From: Abditibacteriaceae bacterium
Lineage (GTDB): Bacteria; Armatimonadota; Abditibacteriia; Abditibacteriales; Abditibacteriaceae
NCBI GenBank assembly: GCA_031425655.1
Contig: JANPJS010000124.1
Coordinates: 1 to 39,470, forward strand
DNA length: 39,470 nucleotides
Reading direction: 5' to 3'
Part shown: piece after piece, positions 27,842 through 35,898 of the stretch
Numbering within the stretch: position 1 is the stretch's first letter
Layout: every line of letters starts with the position of its first letter
Made by a program: the position numbers and the translations under genes
Notes under the pieces: model-generated
What the model was told of the DNA's origin: nothing
What the model saw: only the letters and a program-made list of their open reading frames with translations
The model's database searches: none

Positions 27842-29305
27842 TCACAACTCCGGCGTGACGACCTCGAAGCGCACGCGCAGTTGATCAATGGCGCTGATGT
27901 CGGCATCGGCAACTAAGCGCACTTTGACGGACTTTTTAATTTCTTGAATGCGATGCAGCGCCTCGAAAAGGCGCTCGTTAGTGTCTTCAAAGAAAAACGG
28001 CTCGCTCTTTTCTGCACGCAAATAGGGGCTGACGCCGCGTGAGCGCGCCAGTCCTTCGGCATCGCTAAGGAGACGAAAGAGTTGCCCGAAAATGCGAACG
28101 TCGCTCTGACTGCCGTCTACAGTGCTTTCAGCCAAAGTTTCACCACGCGCCAGCACCAAACGTGCCGGCACCGGCACCAAGGCGGCCTGAATTTCGGGTT
28201 CGGACAGTGCGTGGTTGCGCGTCGAGATCACGCGCACCGAAACGTCCACCGTAAACGTCGTTAAATACTTGGCAAGATCGTCAATAATTTTATTGGTCGG
28301 TGGCATCGAGCCATCAGGTATCACCAAACGTAAGGTGCGTTTGGAATCAGCCTCAGAAATCACGCGCGACACGCCATCTACTAATTTGCGGAGTTGTATC
28401 GTTGTGTCAGCGATGCTGGTGCGCGGCGTGATAGTGCGTTCGTCGAAAATCCAGCCCGCTAAAACCGATGTATCAAAGGTTGCCAACTGGTTTCTTACCA
28501 ATTGCAATTGTTTGATTTCTTTTTGAACTCTTTTTTGCTCTTCCTCCAATCGCGCGACTTCCTCAAATTTCCCTTTGGCCTCTTTGAGAAACCTTTTGGT
28601 CTCCGTGAAGAAGCTTTTTTTGGCGCTAGTCTCATCAGCTTTCGCTTTGTCAGCCGCTGCCTGCGCTGTCTTTGCCGCTGCTTCTGCGCGGTCCAGTTGT
28701 AAGTTGAGTTTGGCGAGTCGGGTTTTCGCACCGGTGAGATTACGATTAACATTGTCCAACTGCTGTTGCTTGCTGCTCAGATTGCGCGCCGCATTTTTGG
28801 CGCGGAGATTGGCGTTGCTTTCGCCCAAACGCGCCAAACGCTCCTGAGCCTTCGCCGCTTTGAGATTGGCTTGCTCGGATTTCAGATTCGCCGCCGCGTA
28901 TTTTAAGTCCCGCTTGGCTTCGCTGGCCGCTTTTTGAGCGATGGCCTCTTGCTTTTGGGCCTGCGTTGTGGCTTGTCGAGCCTGCTCGTTTTGCAATTTT
29001 AGCGCGCTTTGCTCGTGGCGTAGCTGCTTGTTATCTGCGCGCAACAAAGTGTTGGCAGCGCGTTCTTCGTCGTAGTGCAGAAGGGCGCGGCGCAGGCCGC
29101 TGTTGACGAGCAGCAGCGTAGCGAGCGTGAAAAACATGATGCCCACGCTGGAAATCATGGTAATCAGCGTGGCGGTCTGGCGCGGTCGCAAGCCAAACAG
29201 CGTCACGCGCTTTTTGCCCAGCTTTTTACCCAAATTGTCGGCCCAGTAAGCGATTACGCAAGTGGCAATCGTCAAACCGAACAAGAGAAAAAGGGGAGTG
29301 GACAT
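27842..29305 (-). CDS. DUF3084-like membrane-anchored coiled-coil protein
   Basis: IAYWADNLGKKLGKKRVTLFGLRPRQTA motif, two TM helices and a long coiled coil; lies between lptB and the yqgF-like gene. Confidence 0.85.
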   Translation of the reverse strand: MSTPLFLLFGLTIATCVIAYWADNLGKKLGKKRVTLFGLRPRQTATLITMISSVGIMFFTLATLLLVNSGLRRALLHYDEERAANTLLRADNKQLRHEQSALKLQNEQARQATTQAQKQEAIAQKAASEAKRDLKYAAANLKSEQANLKAAKAQERLARLGESNANLRAKNAARNLSSKQQQLDNVNRNLTGAKTRLAKLNLQLDRAEAAAKTAQAAADKAKADETSAKKSFFTETKRFLKEAKGKFEEVARLEEEQKRVQKEIKQLQLVRNQLATFDTSVLAGWIFDERTITPRTSIADTTIQLRKLVDGVSRVISEADSKRTLRLVIPDGSMPPTNKIIDDLAKYLTTFTVDVSVRVISTRNHALSEPEIQAALVPVPARLVLARGETLAESTVDGSQSDVRIFGQLFRLLSDAEGLARSRGVSPYLRAEKSEPFFFEDTNERLFEALHRIQEIKKSVKVRLVADADISAIDQLRVRFEVVTPEL

Positions 29306-29308
29306 GGG

Positions 29309-29380
29309 AGTTTTGAGTTTTGAATTTTGAGTTTTGAGTTGAGCTGTTAACTCATAATTCAAAACTTAAAACTCAAAACT
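29309..29380. repeat. Palindromic heptamer-arm element (TTTTGAG family), second copy
   Basis: AGTTTTGAGTTTTGAATTTTGAGTTTTGAGTT, an 8-nt spacer, then AACTCATAATTCAAAACTTAAAACTCAAAACT. It fills almost the whole lptB-DUF3084 gap. Confidence 0.92.
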
Positions 29381-29383
29381 TCA

Positions 29384-30169
29384 TCAGCGCCGGCGCGGTT
29401 CGCGGCCTTCGCCGAAGTAAACGCGGCGCGCGTGTTCGTCGGCCATTAGTTCATGCGACGTGCCTTCGGCGATGACTTTTCCATCATAGAGAATGTAGCC
29501 GCGATCTACGATGTCGAGCGTGGCCTGCTCGTGATGGTCAGTAATGAGAATGCCGATGCCACGGTCGCGCAAATGCAGCACGATTTCCTGAATTTCCAAG
29601 CGCACAATCGGGTCAATGCCCGTGAAAGGCTCGTCGAGCAGAATAAAATGCGGATCGGTGGCTAAAGTGCGCGCGATTTCCACGCGCCGCCGCTCGCCGC
29701 CCGATAATTTCATGCCTAAAATGCGGCGTTTCTTAAGCAAACCGAACTCGGCCAGCAGTTGCTCAACGCGCACGTCTTGCTCGGCACGCGATAATGGCAT
29801 CAATTGAAGCACCGCGCGCAGATTGTCTTCGGCGCTGAGCTTGCGAAAAACCGACGCTTCCTGCGATAAATAGCCGATGCCGGCCCTTGCGCGCTGATGC
29901 ATCGGCCAGTGCGTGATGGTTTGATCGCCTAAGCTCACCACGCCGCCATCGGCGGGCACCAAACCCATAATCATGTAAAACGAGGTGGTTTTTCCGGCGC
30001 CGTTGGGGCCGAGCAAACCGACGACTTCGCCGCGATGCACTTCGATGGAAACGCCATCCACGACCAGGCGCCCGCCATATTGCTTGCGCAGCTTGCGCGC
30101 GACGATAGCCGCCGGAGTGCCGTCCGGCAGCAGAAGATTCGACGAGTTTTCTACGGAAGAAGCGGCCAT
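29384..30169 (-). CDS. lptB: LPS export ABC transporter ATPase
   Basis: GLLGPNGAGKTTSFYMI, GIGYLSQEASVFRKL, LSGGERRRVEIAR, LLDEPFTGIDP and ITDH. Confidence 0.95.
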   Translation of the reverse strand: MAASSVENSSNLLLPDGTPAAIVARKLRKQYGGRLVVDGVSIEVHRGEVVGLLGPNGAGKTTSFYMIMGLVPADGGVVSLGDQTITHWPMHQRARAGIGYLSQEASVFRKLSAEDNLRAVLQLMPLSRAEQDVRVEQLLAEFGLLKKRRILGMKLSGGERRRVEIARTLATDPHFILLDEPFTGIDPIVRLEIQEIVLHLRDRGIGILITDHHEQATLDIVDRGYILYDGKVIAEGTSHELMADEHARRVYFGEGREPRRR

Positions 30170-30181
30170 AATTGGTGCTGA

Positions 30182-31495
30182 TTAAAAATCGTCGAGCTGA
30201 ACCGGCACGTCAATTTCGACCGGCGCGTTGGGTAGCCCGTAGAAAGCGAAGTTCCAACGCTGCGCCGGATCGTCAGCGCCGGGCTTGTAAATCAAAACGG
30301 CGCGGTCGCCGGAAAACTTGTTTTCCTTTGGCGCAACCGCCGGATTCGCTCCGACATTCTGCGCCGGCAAGCGATAAAAGCCGCGCACGTTGCCCGCGAA
30401 AACCAGTTGGCTTTTCACCAGTGTCGCTACAGCGGAATCGGCTTCGACTTCGAGATATTCCGGGCGCAGCGATGCTTTGTCGGACGTGGCCTTCTCCGGC
30501 GCGGGAACGGCTTTATCCTGCCTCAAATCGAGCTTTACTTTGGCGCGACCGACGGTTTTGATGAAATCGAAATCGCCGCTGGCGTTGCGCGCAAGGGAAA
30601 TTTCTTCGGCGGCGACATCGAACTTCTGCGCTGTGCCGGTCGAAACCGCGTGCGCATCACCGATAAAGCGCGCCGTGCCTTCGCTCTGGCGCACGACGGC
30701 GCGGCGCGCAGTCACCACGACGGCGCCATTCAGCAAATTATCGGTGCCGGCAACCGCATCGGCAGGTCTGATTTCCAAGCGCACGCCGCGCGTGCCGCCT
30801 TCCACGTCGGCGCGGATGCCGTCTTTTTGCTGACGAATCACAGCACTTTGCGCCGCGATAATGACTGGGCCACGATTCGATACAACGGTCGTGGGTTCGC
30901 CGGCAACAGCCGGAGGCGGCGGCAATTCGATGCGCACACCGTCGGCGCCGCCTTCGATGTTGGCCATCAGCGCCTCCGCCGCGCCGGGCCGCGAAGTCAG
31001 AATTACGCTTTCGCCGCGCAGCGTGTTTTTCATTCCGCCCACGACTTGATACCAGCCGTCCACACCGCCGCGCAGCGTCAGCACACGCGCCCCGGCATTA
31101 GCTCCCGCGACCGCGCGCTCTAACGTGGCGTTGTTGCATTTGGCTTCGATGCGTGTGGCCGGGCCGTCTTTTTGAGGCATCGTAACCGCGAAATTGACGC
31201 CGCCCGCAGCCGTGACTTTGGTGAATTGGCGTTTGTCGTCGAAACCGACTTCGATTTTAGGCGCGGCCACGTCAAGCTGAGGATGCGAGATGCGCGCGGA
31301 CTGCCCGGCACAGCCTTCGAGGCGCAGACCGGTTTTGCCACCCCATTCGCCTTCCACGACGCACGCGGAAATTTTGACAACCGCGCCATCCGCCGGCCTG
31401 GCGTTTTGCGCGCTCGCCGGAACGGGAGAGTAAAAGCAAACGCTGCCCGGCAAAGCAACCAGCAGCGCGAGAGACAGAAAATTTCGTTTTTTCAT
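30182..31495 (-). CDS. Exported beta-rich protein, enlarged LptA/OstA-like
   Basis: Signal peptide, repeated AxGGV/FxGNV beta motifs, and position directly upstream of lptB. Confidence 0.65.
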   Translation of the reverse strand: MKKRNFLSLALLVALPGSVCFYSPVPASAQNARPADGAVVKISACVVEGEWGGKTGLRLEGCAGQSARISHPQLDVAAPKIEVGFDDKRQFTKVTAAGGVNFAVTMPQKDGPATRIEAKCNNATLERAVAGANAGARVLTLRGGVDGWYQVVGGMKNTLRGESVILTSRPGAAEALMANIEGGADGVRIELPPPPAVAGEPTTVVSNRGPVIIAAQSAVIRQQKDGIRADVEGGTRGVRLEIRPADAVAGTDNLLNGAVVVTARRAVVRQSEGTARFIGDAHAVSTGTAQKFDVAAEEISLARNASGDFDFIKTVGRAKVKLDLRQDKAVPAPEKATSDKASLRPEYLEVEADSAVATLVKSQLVFAGNVRGFYRLPAQNVGANPAVAPKENKFSGDRAVLIYKPGADDPAQRWNFAFYGLPNAPVEIDVPVQLDDF

Positions 31496-31542
31496 GGTGA
31501 ACAAAGCGAAAAGGACGTGATTCGCCGCGACTTTCAGGATAA

Positions 31543-31690
31543 CAGACGGCGGACGGCGGACGGCGGACGGCGGGAGACAGTCAATAAGTGCGGGAAAAGA
31601 GTTTGGCTTTTCGTGCCAAGTCTTACGTTCCTTACTGCCGACTGCCTCCTGCTAACCGCCTCCCGCCGTCTGCCTCCTGCTAACCGCCTC
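31543..31690. repeat. Palindromic heptamer-arm element (GACGGCG / CTGCCTC family)
   Basis: (GACGGCG)x4 from 31545, with a degenerate inverted arm at 31631-31690 that abuts the upstream gene stop. Confidence 0.85.
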
Positions 31691-33539
31691 AAAATAAGTC
31701 TTTGCCGTGCAGCGTTTTCACGCTGATGGTGCCTTCTACACCGCTGATGCGTGCTCGCTCTAACTTCAAATCGGCGACGAGAGTTTTGCCGCGCAGAACG
31801 CCGCCGCCTGCGTCGTGAAGCTCAATACCACCGTCCGCCGACACTTTGCCTTTCTTGCCGGCGCCTTTGTCGTAGCGGACGTGCGGCGCGTGCAGCGAGC
31901 TGCCGTTGGGATGTCTGACTACGACATTGCCGGTTAAATCGGCGCGGTGCCCGGCATCGTCGGCGTCGAAGCGATTGGCCGAAAGCGCAAGATCGGCGCG
32001 CTGGGCGCGCACGCCGCCCGTCGCCGTGATGCGCCCGCCGCCCCACGTTACATTAGCCGCGCGCACCGTGCCGCTGGCGTTTTTCGCCGTCACGCCGCCC
32101 GACGCCAGCACGCGCAACGCTTTTTTGTCGCCGAGATTTGTGGCCTGCGCCCGCGCCGCCGTCACCGTCAAGTCGCCTTGACGCAGCGTCATGCCACCCG
32201 ACACCAGCACGCGCAACGCTTTTTTATCGCCGAGATTGGTTGCATTGGCACGCGCCGCCGTGACGGTTAAATCGCCTTGATGCAGCGTCACGCCGCCCGA
32301 AGCCGTGGCGCGCAAGGCGCGATCCAGAACGTCCATGTGCCCGGCGCGCAGCGTGGTGTTGCCTTTGGTGAGCAGAACGCCGCCCGAAGCCGTGGCTCGC
32401 GCGAAATCATCGAACGAATCCACGCGCGCCGCGCGGATGGACACGTCGCCTTTGGTGATAAGCACATCGCCCGACGCACTGGCGCGGCTCATGCTGCGCG
32501 TGGCCTCGGCGCGGGCGGCGCGCAGGCTCATGTCGCCTTTACGCAGCGTCACGCCGCCAGACGCGACGGCGCCTTGCAAACGATTGTCGCACTCGATGCG
32601 CGCGGCGCGCAGCGTGCCGTCGCCCTGCGTTAAAGTCACGCCGCCTAAAGCCGTCAGACGGCCCGCGCTCCAGTTGTAATTCACGCTTTGCGCTTGCGCC
32701 CGGCCCTGCGGAGAACGCGCCGTGACGCCGCCCGACAATGTGCCGCTTTTGCCGCGAATATCGGCGTCCAAACGCGCGCCGGTCAGCGTTGTGTCGTCGT
32801 GCTGCGCCGTGACGCCGCCTTCGGCCAGCACGCGCCCGCTTTGCCAATTCAGCGTTGCTTTGGCCGCGCCAATCGTGCCCTGCGGCGCTTTGGCAAGCAC
32901 GCCGCCGGAAACTTGCGCCGTGGCGAGCGCCACATCGGCGTCGAGGCGTGGCGCTGAAATCTGCACCGCTGAGGCGCCTTGTCCTTGCGTCATCGTCACG
33001 CCGCCGTCGGCGATTAAGCGGCGCGTGGTTACGTTTATGTCGGCGCGAGGCGTGGTTAATGTCACCGGGCCGGCGCCGATTTTCGCGCTTTTGGTGGCAA
33101 CGGATGCCGGCACAACGGTCGTGGCCGTCACGCCGCCCGACAGCACGAGGCGTATTTTTTCGTCGGGCGTGCGCGTCATTTGCATTTTGGCGCCCTGAAG
33201 TCGCGTTTGCGGCTGGCCGTCTTTGTAAAGCGTGGCGCGGGCGCCGGTCATGGTGATGTGCGAAGTGCCGTCGGCGTCGGTGCGAACCTGACTTTTTGCG
33301 GCTCCCACCGACCACAAAGGCCGCCCCTGCGCGTCGGGGCCGCTCAGTTCGGCGCCCATCGCCGAAGCGTTGCCTAAGGCATCCAGCATTTCATCGCCGA
33401 CCTTCTTTTTAACGTCCTTGACGGTTTTTTTAAGGCGGTCTTGCGCCATGTCGCGCGTGGCGTTGCGCAGCGCCGTGAAGACGACAAAAAGCAGTGCCAC
33501 CAAGCCTGCGAAGATGAAGATATTGCGACGTTGATTCAT
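31689..33539 (-). CDS. LptC-like membrane-anchored protein with about 15 tandem beta-jellyroll repeats
   Basis: Single N-terminal TM, GRPLWSV motif and repeated AxGGVTLxxGDxTLxAxR units; lpt gene context. Confidence 0.72.
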   Translation of the reverse strand: MNQRRNIFIFAGLVALLFVVFTALRNATRDMAQDRLKKTVKDVKKKVGDEMLDALGNASAMGAELSGPDAQGRPLWSVGAAKSQVRTDADGTSHITMTGARATLYKDGQPQTRLQGAKMQMTRTPDEKIRLVLSGGVTATTVVPASVATKSAKIGAGPVTLTTPRADINVTTRRLIADGGVTMTQGQGASAVQISAPRLDADVALATAQVSGGVLAKAPQGTIGAAKATLNWQSGRVLAEGGVTAQHDDTTLTGARLDADIRGKSGTLSGGVTARSPQGRAQAQSVNYNWSAGRLTALGGVTLTQGDGTLRAARIECDNRLQGAVASGGVTLRKGDMSLRAARAEATRSMSRASASGDVLITKGDVSIRAARVDSFDDFARATASGGVLLTKGNTTLRAGHMDVLDRALRATASGGVTLHQGDLTVTAARANATNLGDKKALRVLVSGGMTLRQGDLTVTAARAQATNLGDKKALRVLASGGVTAKNASGTVRAANVTWGGGRITATGGVRAQRADLALSANRFDADDAGHRADLTGNVVVRHPNGSSLHAPHVRYDKGAGKKGKVSADGGIELHDAGGGVLRGKTLVADLKLERARISGVEGTISVKTLHGKDLF

Positions 33540-34303
33540 GAAAGGAAACGATATTTGAGCAGCGTCCACGCGGCGCGCAGGCCATCGTGGACGATGCGGA
33601 TTTTCTTGCCTTCGAGTTCGCTGCGCGGATGATACGACACGGGAACTTCGTAAATACGCACGCCGCGCCGTCGCAATCGCGCGGGAATCTCAAAATCAAG
33701 TTCAAAGCCGTTGCCTCGCAGCGGCAGCGATTGCGCCAGGTCGCGGCGCATCAGTTTGTAACAAGTGGCCACGTCCGACAGAGGCGAAGCGTAAAGCACG
33801 CGAAAGAGCAGCGAAAGCCCGATGCGTCCATAGTAAAACGAAGTGCGCGTCTGAGCGCTGCGTGCTTCACTTCCGCGAATCAAGCGCGAACCGAAAACTA
33901 CCTGCCGATTTGCGCCCTTTTCCGCGACGGCGAGCAGTTTCAGATAATCCTGCGGATCGTATTCGAGATCGGCGTCCTGCACGATGACCCACTCGCCGCG
34001 CGCCAGTTGAAGAGCGCGCCGCACGCTGGAACCTTTGCCGCGATTCGCTTCCTGAAAAACAACGCGCAGACGCCCCGCGCCGCTTTCAGGCTCCGCAACG
34101 CCTTCGTCCAACATTGCTTGCAGGGTTTCGCGCGTGCCGTCGGTGGAGCAGTTGTCCACGACGATGATTTCCATATCGAGCGGCACCGCTTGAACGCGCC
34201 GCAAAATCTCGCGCAGCGTGGTATTTTCGTTATAAACCGGCATCAGAACGCTGAGTTTGAGCGGAGGCTGGGGGTTGGAGGCTGGGGGCTGGAGAATTGG
34301 CAT
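33536..34303 (-). CDS. GT2 polyprenyl-phosphate glycosyltransferase (DPM1/ArnC-like)
   Basis: SVLMPVYNE, VDNCSTDGT, NRGKG, QDADLEYDP, GSR and DVATCYKL. Confidence 0.92.
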   Translation of the reverse strand: MPILQPPASNPQPPLKLSVLMPVYNENTTLREILRRVQAVPLDMEIIVVDNCSTDGTRETLQAMLDEGVAEPESGAGRLRVVFQEANRGKGSSVRRALQLARGEWVIVQDADLEYDPQDYLKLLAVAEKGANRQVVFGSRLIRGSEARSAQTRTSFYYGRIGLSLLFRVLYASPLSDVATCYKLMRRDLAQSLPLRGNGFELDFEIPARLRRRGVRIYEVPVSYHPRSELEGKKIRIVHDGLRAAWTLLKYRFLS

Positions 34304-34316
34304 ATGGCACTTGCTT

Positions 34317-35615
34317 TTAAACCAGAGTCCGCCACACGAAAATGTTGAACAGCGCCAGTGCAAGCAACGCAAGGCCGAAAATCAGCGCGGCGATGCTGCG
34401 GCTGCGGCTCGGCAAAAGCGCGCTCCACGATGCGGCGCCCAGCACACAAATCGGCAGCAGCGCCGGATGAAGATAGCGCGCCTGCGCGCCCGAAAAATGC
34501 GCGTAGGCAAATTGCGCCCAACCGAGCGCGACTAAAAGCACGCCGAAACTCCACCAGCGCGCCGCGAAAGCCGTCGCGTCATTGCACAATGACGCATTAT
34601 TGCGCCAACGCAGCGCGCCCAGCACCGTAATCACTGTCGCCAGCGCGCAAATCGCCGCGAAAGGCAGCAATTCGCCGGGCAGCGGTTTGGGCGATGACGC
34701 CAGCGGACGAATGGCGTTGACGGCGCTGTCCGGGCCGCCGAAAAAGCCCCACGTTGTGCAAAACAGAATCAGCAGCAAGCCACGCGCGTATTGAATGAAA
34801 CTCAACCCGGCCTGCTCGTGAAAAATCTGGTAGCCGGGCGTGCCTGCCGTCGCTGCCTGCGAGAACGCCGTCCAGCCGAGCGGATCGCCGTAAAGCATTT
34901 GATTCCGCACAAAAAGCGGCAGCGCGACGACGAAAGCCGTCAATGCCAGCAGTCGCATCCCCACCCAACCTCCCCCGGCAGGGGAGGAGTTCTCCCCTCC
35001 CTCCGGGAGGGGCCGGGGGAGGGTGAAGGCCGCGCCAAACGCCGCAACGCTGACCGGCAGCGTCGTGGTTTTCGTCCACAAACCCAGTCCGACGCAAAGC
35101 CCGGCCAAAAGCGCATCGCGCGTCGTCCAACCCACACCGGCGCCGCGCGCAATGAGATAAAACAATGCGGCACACCAGAATCCGGCTAAAGCGTCGTTGC
35201 CGCCCGCCGCGCTGACGCCAAGATGCAACGGCCAAACCGCCGCTATGCCCATCGCCAGCAGAACTATATCTTCGCGTTCGGGAAAAAGACGCCGCGCCGC
35301 CGCACCGATAAAAAGCAGCACGCCTAATCCGCACAACGCCGAAACCATTCGGCAAAAAATAAACACGCCATCGCCGGGCAAGAGCGCGCCCGGCGCGCAG
35401 AGTGCGTAATACAACGGCGGCTGATGAAATTCGTAGCCGTAGCCCGGCGGCGGTGCGCCCGTAAAAACCGGCAGCGCGCGGTGTTCGGCGATGTAGCGCA
35501 CGTAATCAATGTGCGCGGCTTCGTCAGGCGCGGCGCGCGGCGGGACGCGCATAATCAGCGCCGCCACGAGCGCAAAATAAAGCGCCAGAATGAAATAAAA
35601 TCGCTTATCGGGCAT
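34317..35615 (-). CDS. GT-C fold membrane glycosyltransferase (ArnT/PMT-like)
   Basis: PDEAAH after TM1, HQPPLYY, NDAL, GLWTK and QARYL; polytopic. Confidence 0.8.
   Translation of the reverse strand: MPDKRFYFILALYFALVAALIMRVPPRAAPDEAAHIDYVRYIAEHRALPVFTGAPPPGYGYEFHQPPLYYALCAPGALLPGDGVFIFCRMVSALCGLGVLLFIGAAARRLFPEREDIVLLAMGIAAVWPLHLGVSAAGGNDALAGFWCAALFYLIARGAGVGWTTRDALLAGLCVGLGLWTKTTTLPVSVAAFGAAFTLPRPLPEGGENSSPAGGGWVGMRLLALTAFVVALPLFVRNQMLYGDPLGWTAFSQAATAGTPGYQIFHEQAGLSFIQYARGLLLILFCTTWGFFGGPDSAVNAIRPLASSPKPLPGELLPFAAICALATVITVLGALRWRNNASLCNDATAFAARWWSFGVLLVALGWAQFAYAHFSGAQARYLHPALLPICVLGAASWSALLPSRSRSIAALIFGLALLALALFNIFVWRTLV
34959..35025. repeat. In-frame CCCC/GGGG palindromic element inside a CDS
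   Basis: CCCCACCCAACCTCCCC..GGGGAGG..CCCCTCCC..GGGAGGGG..GGGGGAGGGT, translated as TLPRPLPEGGENSSPAGGGWVG. Confidence 0.85.
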
Positions 35616-35658
35616 AAATAACTCATGTTACGCAGTGGGTTATGGTAGGCGGTGCAAA

Positions 35659-35849
35659 GAGCCGCTACGCGGCTCGCCCCTCACCCTAACCCTCTCCCCA
35701 AAACGCTTCGCTGGGGAGAGGGAACCCGGCTCAAAGGCTTCGGCGCCGCGCAAACGAGATCAAGTGTCAGCCTCCAGTCCCCTCTCCCCGACTGGGGAGA
35801 GGGCGGGCGCCCTTTGGGCAGGAGTGAGGGGCGAGCGACGAAGTCGCTC
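35659..35849. repeat. Intergenic nested palindromic element (CCCCTCACCCTAACCCTCTCCC family)
   Basis: Outer inverted repeat GCTCGCCCCTCAC/GTGAGGGGCGAGC, two inner CCCTCTCCCC..GGGGAGAGGG hairpins and flanking triloop hairpins. Confidence 0.9.
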
Positions 35850-35898
35850 TTCGCTTATCACACTCCACTGCGTAAGGTCAATGAATAAGCCGCAAGTG

